This document shows, piece by piece, positions 38,548 through 51,544 of a stretch of 64,000 nucleotides of DNA. The notes beneath the pieces were generated by a model. The model worked only from the letters and a program-made list of their open reading frames with translations, was not told the origin of the DNA and ran no database searches. The stretch comes from Centroscyllium fabricii. Taxonomy: Eukaryota. The position numbers were made by a program, and so were the translations under genes. The stretch covers positions 159,340,001 through 159,404,000 of the forward strand of contig JBNRSN020000003.1 in the NCBI GenBank assembly GCA_051313645.2. Reading direction: 5' to 3'. Within the stretch, counting starts at the first letter, position 1; every line of letters starts with the position of its first letter.

Positions 38548-39904
38548 TGGGATATGGGGAGAGGGCAGGGTGCTGGGTTTGGATGATCAGCCATGATCTC
38601 ATTGAATGGCGGAGCAGGCTCGAAGGGCCGAATGGCCTACTCCTGCTCCTATCTTCTATGTTTCTATGTTTGTGTTTTGATGGAGAAACCTTTTCTTCAG
38701 ATCTTGCCTGGGGATTTTACGTCCACCCAAGAAGGTAGATAGCATATCAGTTTAAAGTCTCATTAAGTGCAGCACTTCCTCAGTACTGTACTTAAGTGTC
38801 AGCTTATTTATTGCCAAGTAAGAATATTTTGATCCTTAAATAGTTTTACAATTCCAGTTTTTAGGCTTGCTCTCGGGGCAATATTCCAAAGACATAACTG
38901 CATTCCATCACAGAAAGTAGTGTTGCCACAAAAGTGGTGTTGTTATTAAATTAGATTTTATTTTGATACACGCCCAGGTACAGTGTTCCAAATTTGATTA
39001 CACCGGAGGCATGGTATACGTATTGTGCAGTTCTCTGTCTCTCTCTAGGGAAAACGGCGAAGAGAAGAAAAGGATAGCTGCACATTTATGTTACAGCACT
39101 GAATCCCAAAGCAGGGGCACGCCTAGATTGTAAGTGGTTTGGCACTACCACCTTCGGAGCTATTAAAGCACACCTCCTTGCAAGATGCCTTTGGACATAA
39201 AGCACCCAACACAAATGTAGTTGGCCATCTACACTGGTGCAACCTGCTGCTCTTTTTGCATAGAACTTGGCCTGATGGGACACAAAGCACAAGAACTGGG
39301 GGGAGGGGATGTGATTGGCTGTACAACAGGCAGAATTTCCTTTCATGCCATCATTGAACTGGAACTCAAGTTGCAAAAAGTGAGTAGGTTGGACATAAAA
39401 TAAAATAAACCAGTAAAGCAGGTTAAATGTGCAGCTCCCAGCCTCATTATAATATTAAAATGGTCAACCAAGCTGCCCGCCCCTTGACCTGCCTCCGTTA
39501 AACCCAGAAGTGGGCGGTAAGGAGACGGGTTGGGGTTGGGTTTGGGATTTTTAAAATTTTAACATCTCACCCGACCCCAATCCACCCGTTTGTGGAGGGT
39601 AAAATTACCCTCAGTGTCCTAATCATTATCGTGTATTTATAATCAGACTAAAGTATGAATCCTGCCATGGAAACCTACCAAATTCGCTATCTGATGACAT
39701 CCCAAACTGTTCCAATGTCATTATTGGGATACCCACATGATCACAGGCCCAAAAAGGCAAGTATCCAGGGAGAATAACTTAATTATTGGATTATTAAAAA
39801 GAGATGGAGTGGCTCCTTTTAGACCACAAGGATTCCCCCCCCCCCCCCCGTAGCCTTTCCCCCAACCCCCTCAAGAAACACGGAAGAAGGTTTGTTAATG
39901 TCAA

Positions 39905-40825
39905 CAACAACATGCCTATAATGTATTACAATGTCCCAAGGCACTTTGCAGGAGCGTAATCAGACCAAACCTGAAACTGGGCCAACGAGCGAGATATTAG
40001 GACAGGTGATTAAAAGCCTGGTCAAAGCGGTAGGTTTTAGTTCTTGGAGAGTTGTAGGGCTGTGGGAGGTTGATAATTGAACGGGTCTTGGTACAGGTTA
40101 GAAGACGGGCAGCAGAGTTTAGGATTCGCTCAACTTTATGGAGGGTGGCAAATAGGACGTTGATCAAGAGAGCATTGGAATAGTCAGGTATAGAATTAGG
40201 TTTTCAGCAGCATATGGGCTGAAGCTGGAGCAAAGACAGTGATTGTCATGGGAGGTTGAAGTATATGGCCTTGATGATGGTGAAAACATGGGATCGGAAG
40301 CTCAGCTCTGGGTCAAATAGGAATGCCGAGATTGTGAACAGTCTGGTTCAGCCCGAGATGGTAGCCAGAAAGGGGGATGAAAATCAGTGATAAGGGAACA
40401 GATATTGTGGCCGGGGGGGTGGGGGGGGGGGGCACGAGGACAATGGCTTTGGTCTTCCCAATGTTTAATTGGACAAAATTGCGTCTCATCCAGGACTGGA
40501 TGTCAGACAAGCAATCTAACAACAAAGCCAGTGAAAGGGTTTAAAACAGGTGATGGTGAGGTAGAACTGGGCGTCATTGGCGCGCGTGTAGAACATGATA
40601 TACACACAGATGATATCGCCATGGGGCAGCATGTACAGGAGAAATAGGATAGATCCTGGAGGGACTCCAGAAATAATGGTGGGGGGGGTGGGGGGAAGAG
40701 GAGTGAAGCCATTACCGGAGATTCACTAGCTGCAACTGGATAGTTAAGAGTGGAACCAGGTGACAGCAGTCCCATTCGACTGGACAACGGTGGAGAGGTA
40801 TTGGAGGAGGAGGATGTGGTCAACC
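39905..40825 (-). mobile_element. Degenerate L2-type LINE
   Basis: CLSDIQSWMRRNFVQLNIGKTK...VHNLG motif typical of L2 RT C-terminus. Confidence 0.72.
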
Positions 40826-43800
40826 GTCTCAACAATGCTAATTTAAAAAATGGACTAGATGAAAAAATAAAGTAGTTTATTAACTTTCTTTTTTCCAAAG
40901 ATAAAGACTCTCAATTCAACTTTGTCCATTTCACATAATCCTGTGCTCTGGTTGACTTTCAGTTCTTTTAAAACTTTACTCCAGCCATCCCTAAATCAGA
41001 CCGATTCAAGATCCCAGATGCATTTCACTGACTTCTCCTTCCATTTTCAAATAGGAAATGTGTGCATTCTGCAGGCAGGAGTAAGTTTACATCTTTTGTG
41101 TAAAAACACCCAACTCGCACAGCTCTCAGTTGAATAATTTGACTTTTCTGGGAAAAAAACATGCAGCGAGCTCACTTCAGACACAGGAGTAATTGCAAAG
41201 TTTTATTTCACATATCTAAATTATTGTTTCTACTTACTCATGTGAAATGACACTTTGTTCAGGCTGGAAAAGTATCCTTCAAGCTCACAGGTTACAAAAG
41301 AGATACAATAAGCAACTAACTTTTTAAGTTTCACACAATATGGACAATTGTGTTGTATCTCTATATCTTATGTAATGCCAATAGTGTGTGCCAGCAGCTG
41401 CAAGAACAGTCCTTTTTGTAAGCATCAGATACATAGTTCAATTATTACATTAAAAAAATGAAATGATATGGAAATACGTAACAGCACCAGGAGCTGTGCC
41501 ATTGAATGGTGGAATATACTCCTCCGTACACGGAGTTCCCTTTCTCAATTATGCTCAAAGAGGAGGCTAGGCACTTCTCCATAAAGAGGTAGTTAGCCTG
41601 AGCCATTCTCATTCCGAATAACTGGATTTACAGGACACATGACGGAGGCCTGGAAGCTCGTCGTGCACAACAGCGCCAAGCCAAGGCAGGTGCACACTAT
41701 GGAGCCTAATGAAGGACTTTCACACATTTCAAAGAGAACATATACATACAAAAACACAGATATAAGCCACCAAGCAAACCTACTTTCACATGCAAATATT
41801 TTATGTCTTCAAAAAAAAACACCATTTGATACAATCCCAGTTTGAAAACAAGTTGTTTTACTCCAATTTGAAATAAATTTGAAAAGCTCTGCCGCCAGAA
41901 TATGCCTCACAGCTGCAAGGTCAAACCCAAATCAGCAATTCTCAGAGGAAGGGAAAACACCAGTGGAAGCAAATCACTCTCCTGGGTTAGATTTCTCCTT
42001 TAACCACCACCCACCCGCCCCCCAATAAAAATGTGTCCGCCTACCTATTCAAGGCAAGCCAGAGCACCAACCAGTCTAATCTAACTTATGAATATGTGTC
42101 CCCAAACTGCAAGTAGCTAATCGAAAACAAGGAACTATGATTCCACACCTGTTTCTGTTGATGTAAAACATTAGTATATGCAAAAAGACTTGTGTAATGA
42201 CATGAAAACTTGCTTTTAGTAAGTCAGCAGACTATAGATTAAGAAAAGTGCTTTTTTAAATTTCCACTTTAATATCACACTTCTGCAAAAAACTTGAAAT
42301 AATCTTTTGTAAACTACTATAGCTCACCTCAAAATTATATTGCACCTTTCACAACCTCAGGACATCCCAAACCACTCTAGCCAATAAGTGCTTTAGAAGT
42401 GTAGTCACTGTTGTAATCCAAGACTCTTGCAGAAAGCGCACCTCGATGTCATCCTTATATTTGATGCCAAAGCTCCTCTCTCATGGTCAAACAGCCCACC
42501 AACACATACTGAGCGGGCTCAGGCAAGAAAAACTCTCCACAATACCATGCGTGTTTCTATGCCCTAAAATTACAGATGCATGATCAGTACATGATGTTCA
42601 AGGAAACTAAAAGCCACGAGCTAAACTAGACTAGTGCTGCATGTAGGACTGGATAGTTCATTTTCACAACATGTCACCACGGGTCTCAACTCACCCAGAA
42701 AAAGCTATCAATAGTCCGACAAGTGCTTGTTTTTTAAAAAAAAAACTTTCCTCTCCCTTCCCTTTATGGTAAGGCAGGGTTCTTTTACATAATTACGTAA
42801 GTTATACCAACATTATACACATGATTAGTAGCTCCAGACCCCCTTGGTTTAAACATCTAGTCACAGCTGTTCATCAACTATAAATCCACTTTTTACATAA
42901 ACATTCCAGTCTATTCTATTTTAATATGTTATCTCTAATATGCTTTCACAAGGTTTCCCCTCACAGCAGACTCAAAGGCCTGAATATTGCCAGCACTCAG
43001 TGCCGGTTTCGAAGCAGGTCCTCTGTCAACAGTCACACAGATTGACAACGGGTCGGTATCCCGCTGTAAACCCGCCTCCTCGTCAGTTTTTCCAAGTGTC
43101 GGGTCTGTCATCCCCAACAAAAAGTGGTGTCAGCCAATTTAGATATTTGAAAGCTTGTTAAAAGATAATTAAGCATAATTTTCCCATGTACTTACCATTT
43201 TACCACGAGTTTCCTGGCACACAAGGATCACAGTAAGGAAGGTCGGGTATAACAACAGAAAACGCTGGAGAGACTCAGCAGGGTCGGGTGTTGTGTCAGC
43301 ATGGAATGAGCTGCAAATGTTCTATGAAAGCTCCCATTTCATAGGTCTTCACTTGTTGCTTGCTGCATTTAGAAAATATGCAACTAGCACGTGTTTGCAG
43401 CAAACTCTCTATCCAGTGTCACCTCATTGGAACATCTCTCACCATTGACACATTACTTCTGTCATCTCAATCTCACCCGCCATCTATTCCATCAGTATCG
43501 GTGCCCTTGACAAAAAGCTCACCTTGGTCCTCAGAATCCCAACATTATCAGCCCCAATACCAGCATCACCGGGCACATCAACAGCCACACCAACCTTCTC
43601 CGCAATTAACCGAAGCGGCACAAGGCATCATCACCCGAGCACATTGCTGCCCGGGACGCCAGCAATGGCCTCACCACGTCCAGATTTACTTTACTTAACA
43701 CTGTACACCCTGGCTGCCACATGATGCACCAGGTTGGCACCACCCCACACCAACACCATAGAGCATCCCTGCAATGTCTAAGCCATTCCTTTCACACTCA

Positions 43801-43986
43801 TCACCATTGGGGTGGGGGGAGGGGGGCGCGACGTTATGGCTCACCATTCACTGGAACTCACGAAGATACTTTCAAAGGTGCACACAAATCTGTCCAAGAA
43901 AGCAAAGTGGTGAAAATAAGGGTTTCAATGCTCGACAACACAGTAACAGAAACTTTACATGACCATTGGCTAAAGAACACAAGTGC

Positions 43987-44406
43987 CTACCCTTGTGTGT
44001 TGTTAGTTGGTACAATTGCATTAGGATGAGGAGTGTGAGAGATAGCTAGTAAGATGGGGAAGTGATAATGCAGACAGAGGGGGACGGGTGGAGGTGCAAG
44101 GTAAGTTGGTGAGAGTAAGGACGTGCAGGAGTAGGGAAAGGAAGGCAGAGTGATGGGGATGTGACGAGAGGCACAGAAGGATGAGGTTGAGTGTGGCTTT
44201 GCAGTAACATTTTGTAATCTACTGAGATCATTGAAAGGTTTGCACCACAGCAGTCTGGTCCTCCTGACTGCATCCCTGCTTTTGACATCCTGTGCAATGT
44301 GCAACCAGGCTGCATTGGTGTCCTGGGAGGGCGTTCCGCCCATTTGAACAGTAGAGAGCCTCCCTGCATTCTGTGACTCCCTCCATAAGTATATGGAGGG
44401 AGTCAT
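43987..44406 (-). pseudogene. PIF/Harbinger Myb/SANT-like DNA-binding gene remnant
   Basis: AWLHIAQDVKS....RRT....CKPFNDL fits the Myb/SANT (W..IA..V...R...C.K.F.DL) pattern. Confidence 0.55.
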
Positions 44407-46505
44407 GGGAGAGTCTGGGTGTAGCTGTGCACCTTTGCGGTGCTGGTCAGTGTTTGCAGCACCTCAATGCTGTAGAACACTGACAGCACAACTGTCAAAA
44501 TGAAGGTGGACATGGTCCCTTTAACGAAACCGGCTAATAACAAGTCATCAGGTGACATCAGACCCACTTCCTTTTAATTGGCCGGGAACCTCACAGCAGG
44601 CTTAACAAGCCCAATCAGGGTAAATCACTTTGAGGAGGCGGAATGAAGACAGGAGCGGGATTTGAGACCGCTGCCTATTCTGGCCACACCGGACTCGCCA
44701 TGGCTGGCGAAAACATGGCTGAAGTCTGTAATGAAGAGTTATTGGTCCTGACATGACTTTAAAAAGGTTTAGAAGTGCTTTTCACACATATGCTTACTGT
44801 ACAGTAGTGACTGACACATAATCAGACCTTATTTTCCCTTGTTATATTGTTATGCATGATACTTTTACAACTCTGGAGTAGTAACTATTTTATTTTAAAC
44901 TTGCACTTGGAGGTATATCTGTATAATAATATATAGCACAGCTGATGATGCAAGATTATTTTCACTTGTACAAATAATTGTCATTAACTCACTCAGGCTT
45001 GTGCCACCCATGATTAATGAGACTCCTGCATTTGTAAAAGAACTCCTGTAGGACATCTCTCCCCCGTTCCCAAGCAACACAAAACTCTCACTTGCTGCTA
45101 TCTAAAATGGAATATGCATAATGTATAGTAAACCTCAAAAACTCAACTGCTAAAGTGCTTAGCCAATAAATCTCAATTTAAAATTTATATTTGATACCAT
45201 GGAGCTAATAAATACTTGAAAGCCACACAAATGGTTGCACAAAATAAAGATAGAGGGCACGGTGAAAAAAAACCATGAACAAGTGAAAATGAGGAAGAAA
45301 ATACTGGTTAATGCACTGGAATACTGTCAGTTCTAACAAACTAGCAAGACAAATAAACCACAGTTTAGCATGGCTGTTGTTTGGTCTCACTGGGGCAACA
45401 TTATTAGATTTTCAGAACTACAGTTTTCAAAAGAAAAAAATAAGATTTCTGAGCAAAATACATTCTCTAGTAGGCATTTCTACCCATAATCCTTCAAACT
45501 ATCCCTGTAGCCTAAAGGAAAACAATAGTATTTAATTGACCCCATCACTTACATACTTGGGTAAATGTTTCCAGGGGAGGTGTCATTATTGTCATAATTA
45601 GTCAAAGTACAATGTAAAATCCATTGCATGTGTGTCTGCAGAAGACCAGGGCTGATGTATGCCTCAAAATCATAGATAATTGGATTTACAGAAGCCAGAT
45701 TATGTCTAAGCAGATTCTTTACATCCCGACTGTACAAGCTTCTCAGTTCATTTAAATGACAAAAACAAAAATAGAAGACATAGATGGCAGGGTGTGGTTA
45801 TCCCTCAAGTGACCTGACCCAAAAACCCACCAGCTTTTCTATTCTACTGTTCCACTGGTGTAACAAACCTTTACATTACAGAACTTGGCTCTCCAGCAGC
45901 TGTGTAGAATCAATATGATGGCGAAAATTCATAATTTTTGAACTTGAATAAATGTTGTATTGATATGTTAAAAAAATTAGATTACAGTATTTCCACTACA
46001 AACCTGAGAGAAATGCAAACTTGAGATTCACATCCATGGCCTATTAATTAGCCTCACTGATTTATTTGCTGAAAAATTTACTTCAGCTCGATTCAGAACA
46101 AAAATGTGGCATTGCTACTTTTACTTTTAAAATGTCTATGTTAATCAAATCAAGCCTAGAAACTTGAGAAATTAAATTTTACTAGACCAATTTTGTTTTC
46201 TTAAAAGTGCAATTGCTGGAAACTACTCATCATGAAAAAAAGGCTTTATATTTCAGTAGACTCTGATTTCACTTTTATATTGCGTTACTGCTGTCACTTC
46301 CTGATGTGCAGGTCTTGTGCAGCTGGTGATAACACCAAAGACAAACTAGCCAGATGTGTTAAACCCAGGGACTAGGAAGACCCAGTAAAAAACCAAAAAT
46401 CAAATATTCCCAGCCATCAGCCTTAGAAAATCTGCCAAGTGTATCTCGTCATTGCCACCATGTTGGACTGGTAACACTAACACTAACTCTTCTCTCTTGA
46501 AAAAA

Positions 46506-46828
46506 TGATGTGGAGGTGCCGGTGTTGGACTGGGGTGGACAAATGCAAGAAGTCACACAACACCAGGTTATAGTCCAACAGTTTTATTTGAAATCACAAG
46601 CTTTCGAAGCTTATGCCCCTTCGTCAGGTGAAAGAGAGACTGACTTAAAGAATGCTCTGTCTATCTCTGCTAAGGGGAGATGTGGGAGAGATTGGATTTC
46701 TCCCTTCCTCCCATATGTGCGTTCTTTAAGTCAGTCTCTCTTTCACCCGACGAAGGGGCATAAGCTCGTAAAGCTTGTGATTTAAAATAAAACTGTTGGA
46801 CTATAACCTGGTGTTGTGTGACTTCTTG
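46506..46828 (-). mobile_element. Penelope-like 3' end with inverted pLTR copy
   Basis: Reverse-oriented copy of the same terminus; inverted arms with a spacer; 12-bp TSD CTCTTGAAAAAA (46494-46505, 46829-46840). Confidence 0.8.
46594..46631 (-). ncRNA. Minimal type I hammerhead ribozyme motif
   Basis: ucac CUGACGA a GGGGC AUAA GCUUC GAAA GC UU guga; the opposite-arm copy 46743-46780 has core mutations (CCGACGA, UAAA). Confidence 0.75.
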
Positions 46829-46840
46829 CTCTTGAAAAAA

Positions 46841-47222
46841 GGCTGAGGGGTGTCCCAATAGAGGTCTTTAAAATTATAAACAATTTTTGTAAGAGTGGAT
46901 ACAGAGAGAATGCTTCCACTTGTGGGGAAGAGCAAAACTAGAGGCCCTCAATATAAGATAGTCACCAAGAAATCCAATAGGGAATTCAGAAGAAACTTCT
47001 TTACCCAGTGAGTGGCGAGAATGTGGAACTTGCTACCACAGGGAGTGGTTGAAGCGAATAGTATAGATGCATTTAAAGAGGAGACTGGACAAGCATATAA
47101 GGGAGAAGGGTTATGCTGATGGATTTAGATGAGGAAAAACGGGAGGAGGCTTGAGTGGAGCATAAACGCCGGCATGAACTGGTTGGGCCGAATGGCCTGT
47201 TTTTGTGCCGTATATCCTATGT
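46841..47222 (+). mobile_element. CR1 LINE 3' end
   Basis: AGAAGAAACTTCTTTACCCAG...TGGAAC and GGGCCGAATGGCCTGT 3' UTR. Confidence 0.8.
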
Positions 47223-48886
47223 AAAATATATAAAAGCAGATCTAGTTTACATCTGTAGCAAGAAAGTATTTTTCCATTTAAAAATGCTAAAAGACCTGCT
47301 CTGTACTTCTAAACATCTATTCTTTTTTGTTTCAGATTTTAGCTTTATGATTCACACTAAACCTTACATACTTAGAGTTTACTAGTTAGATCACTTCTTC
47401 AAAGAATGCAAAAGAATATAATCAGCACAAAACAAAATTGGAAATAGCAATTAACAAGAGGTGGAAATAATAAATCGAATTTTTCATTTTCTATTTTCCA
47501 TTCATTACAATGGGAAAGCTACATCATGTTTTACAAAAACTGATAGCAGGTTTCAAATAAACCAAAATAAATTAGACCAGCATATTTAATGATCAATACT
47601 CTGATCTTAAAGAGGGAGAATGCTTCTGTCTAGTCCAGGCATGAGGAGGTGAAAGGAGTAGTTAGGTCTTCAAATCAGCTGCATTTCAACTAAAAAGTTT
47701 CTATATCACAGAATTTTATTTCTTTGTGAATATTTACTTCCTCTTCAGCAGTGAGCTCTCCCCACCAATGGACAATATGCTGCCTGCTAAGAACTGTGCA
47801 CAAGTTCAGATTACACTCCTATATGCTGTTTGGAAGCCACGGCTTACTTACTAACCAATAATGGGCTGCTTTCCCTTGTAGTTAATTGAGACAACCATAA
47901 AATTTGTCTGGTGCTAATTTAGAAAGTAAATTGACTCCCACATTCTACAAACGAGTGGAAACCACGCTCAATTCATTATTATTGCCAGTTATCCTCTGCC
48001 ATTAGACCAGCGAAGTACCAATATGCATTCATGAGTTTCCTGCTATTTCATATTAAAATGTTACTTTCAAATAAGAATCGGGAAAAACATTACATGCAAG
48101 AAAAAAATGAACAAATTAAAATAAAATGCTTATGTCAAATAAAGAGATAATAAACCAATAATTTTGCTGACAAAATGTACTAATTAGCCCTTTCCCTGTT
48201 TATTATGAGGTTAAAATAGGAATTAAATTTCTACTACTGGTCTTCTGGTGTGGCTGGCATTTTTCCTGTTACAGCCAGCAGAAAGTCTGCTCAAAGTTAA
48301 GATCGGGTTATCTCAACCCCCGCCCCAATGAAAAACTGCTGTTTCCCTACTGCCCATCAAGACTGACTATATGGGGAGGGGGGCACACCACCAATAAAGA
48401 GCAGAAGGCTGGTGATGAAATTGGTACATCCCACCTGGAAAGTTATCTACAGTCTGTTAGTGTAACAACTAAAACTGTAATGGATGTCTCGAACTTCAAT
48501 GCTTTAACAAGGTGCTACAAAGAAAATGTTTCACTTGCCCAGTCGGGCAAGTGGATTTCTAAGACACTTGCACGAACATAAAATTTCACTTGCCCGAAAA
48601 ATTTTAAGAAATAAATAAAGATTTTACATTTTTATTAAAATGCTTCAATATAAAGCCATAGATTGTGATTGTGCCTTTAGTTGCATTGGCCCAGTTTCTG
48701 CCCCTCTCTGCCAGGGTATCCTTCTCTCTCTCTACACTGAACATTCTTCCCTCATTTACCAAACTTTCTGTGAAGCCTCGGCAGGCTCCCTCACTCTCTC
48801 TCCCTGCCTACCTTCATACAGCAGCCGCTCCGGTTTTTTCTCTCCCCCTCAGCAGGTCAACGGCACCGACCCACTCTTGCTGCATG

Positions 48887-50702
48887 TGTAAGGAGCGTGC
48901 GCCGTATATTTTACTGTACGACTTGGGGTCCGTTACTGCCTTGCGCTAGCAGTCCGCTAGGCCTCGCGCAATAACCTCCTCCCCCGCGAGCGGTTCGAAT
49001 CGCTCACTCTTTACGGTTCTAGACGCTGGACTTAGGTGCAGGAAGAGAGAGAGAGAGAGATGGATACCGATTGGACTCAGATATTTTATACTCGAATAAA
49101 AGTTTGTAAAGTTGGAAGGTTTTTATTACACCAAGAGATATATTTACAGCAGTAAGGATAAAGGTTTATTACACCAAGAGATATATTTACAGCAGTTAGG
49201 TTGTATTTCATCAGAGTGACACAGTATGACACATCAACAACTGTTTCCCAAACCGATACATATAGGTACATACACAGATAACTTATGGGATGGGGAACGC
49301 ACGGCACAACGTAAATCGGGGCAATGACTATAAATACACCCCCTATAAACCACCCTTCCCTCTATTGCCTAGCTATGTCCAGGTGTGTAGGATCGAGGCA
49401 CATGCTCACCACTCGGTAATACTCGGGATCTGCTACGAAGTTCCTCGCTTCTTCGGCTGCAGCGTCGGTCGTCACGTGGCTGTGGAAGATTCGGGAGTCC
49501 ACTCGTTGTTTTCTCCCTTTGGGCGGCGGTCGCTCCTGCTCGGGCTGGTCCCGGACGGATTCCTCGAGGCTGCTCTATCTCCTCGCACCAACCACACCGT
49601 CTCCCTGGCTGAACCGGACCCTGGGGTATGCCGATCCTGCCCTCTCAAGCCGAACTGTAACGGGCTGCTAGCCTAATTGTTCTCCCACTCTTCGAACGCT
49701 AGTTTATTCGCAGTGTTCACCAAGATGCTTCCCTAATGGGCCCCAACTCTTCCGACGCTAGCTTAGTCGTCGTGTTCAACAAGATGCTTCGCTAATGGGC
49801 CTCAACAACTAAACCTCACCGGCAATGGTTTTCCGATGCGATACTGCCCTGACCCAACTCTGCTGTCCTGCCAGAGCCTGCACCCTGCTTGCCCTGCACC
49901 CAGAAAGCTGAACTGGAGTCTTCGAGAAAGACAGCCCACCCAAAGTCACTGCTAGACCTCACCGCTTCAAGAGGTCGATTCCACGAGTCGATTCCAAGAG
50001 CCTTCTCCAAGAGCTCTTTCCTTCAGCTATTTTTCCAAGAGAGATTCTACCAGAGAGCCCTCTCCAGAGAGCCCACGGATGAGAAGAGATTTTCCAAGAG
50101 AAGAGAAGAGCAGACCAGAGACCAGAAGAGAGATTGAACTGTACAATGTCCTGCTAGTTATACCCCAAAGTCGAAATGCCTAATGTCTTTCCCATTAGGG
50201 CCTGTATTGTGTGTGGAAAGCGGTTACTGCACTCCTTTTGTCCAGCCAAGCCTGCCGGTAATAGTTTTGATGGTGGCTCTAACTTCTCCGGTTAGAGTCC
50301 CATTGTTTTCAAGGGTGCTAATCGCTTTATGCTGGAAGGGTATACAATTTCTGTAGCTGGTTAAACGGGCCAGCTGCTTCGTATTTGCAGTTGTTTTGGG
50401 TGTTTATTTAAACTGGGTGCGTTTCTTTGTCGGGCTAATCGGTTTCTAAAGGGCAGGCCATTTATTTACAGGTTTAACAGCGCCTTTATGTCTGGTTTCT
50501 TCGCGGGCTTTTCGAGTTGAGTTTTAGTTTCGGTTTTGCACTATGCCATGTGGTCCGGCGGCCATCTTGGAGGCCCCTTTTCTCTGATCAGGCCGCAGCC
50601 TGTCTTGTCTGTCATTGTCCGAATAAAAGAAAATATGTATACTCCATCCTTCGTTTCTGGTCTTTGTGAATCCGATTTAACAGGGAATATTGCGACCTTA
50701 CA
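48887..50702 (-). repeat. 3' LTR (1816 bp)
   Basis: Near-identical direct repeat of 58146-59932; 7-bp terminal inverted repeat. Confidence 0.95.
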
Positions 50703-50714
50703 GTCCCTCCTGTT
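50703..50714 (-). promoter_or_regulatory. Polypurine tract
   Basis: AACAGGAGGGAC directly 5' of the 3' LTR on the minus strand. Confidence 0.7.
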
Positions 50715-51544
50715 GATTAGCATAACCCTGCTTAGCGAATCAATTAAGAAAGGTTGAGCAAGATTCCCGATTCTCCACACCTCAACTCTCCTGGTTACCT
50801 AAATTAACTCTTGCCCCATGACACATGCGGTTCCCATTCCCTTTGATCAACCTCGCATTGCCTTTACCCTGGGCAATCGTATATTTACACCACCATGTCT
50901 TACACCTCCTGGTTCCTTCCACGTCTGCCAGGCCGATGCCTTCGTCTCCACCTGTTTATATCATTCATTAACTCAAAAGGGACCTCACACAACCATCAGG
51001 AAAATATAAACACACACATTTCTCCCCTCATGAATCCCCCCATTTGTCCCCAAAGTTTGTACAGTGTTCTGGCGGTCTTCTGCAGCCACCACCATCGGCT
51101 CGCTGGGATCTTCCTATCCCTCAACGGAAGTAAGTCCTTTTACCGATGATAGCGCCGGTCCTGGGTGCGATGGTCTTGATCCGGGGCACATAAAACCAAG
51201 TCTCTCCACAAGCAGATTTCCGACGTGCTGGGATGCTCCATTGGGTCCGTTCCCAGCCGTCCGTACTCCCCGGTGTGGCCCCGGCAGGCCAGTCCATCTT
51301 TGATGCCCGCACACGTCATCAGAATCCCCGCCTCTCTGGGTTCTGTAATCAAACAAAGGGGTTGCCGGCCTCCCAAGAGCGCCTGGCTGTGGTGAGATGT
51401 GCACGCCTCCTGGACAGATCCCATATTACCTAAACACTCCCCTTTACCTTTAACAAAAATTGAAACTTAATTCGGGCTACTCCCTTGACACTACCAAACT
51501 TCTTTTTTCATTATATACAGTGCCGCCTCTCCCGGGCGGCCTAC

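Noticed and set aside
42935-43161. Short ORFs in unique-looking sequence
   Set aside because: No recognisable protein motif or splice support
45549-45760. Possible minus-strand exon with SVNPIIY (GPCR-like) and GTAAGT donor
   Set aside because: No transmembrane context, no clear acceptor, no partner exons
49290-49676. Antisense ORF in the LTR (128 aa; 103 aa in the other LTR)
   Set aside because: No recognisable motif; N-terminus altered by a 2-nt indel between LTRs
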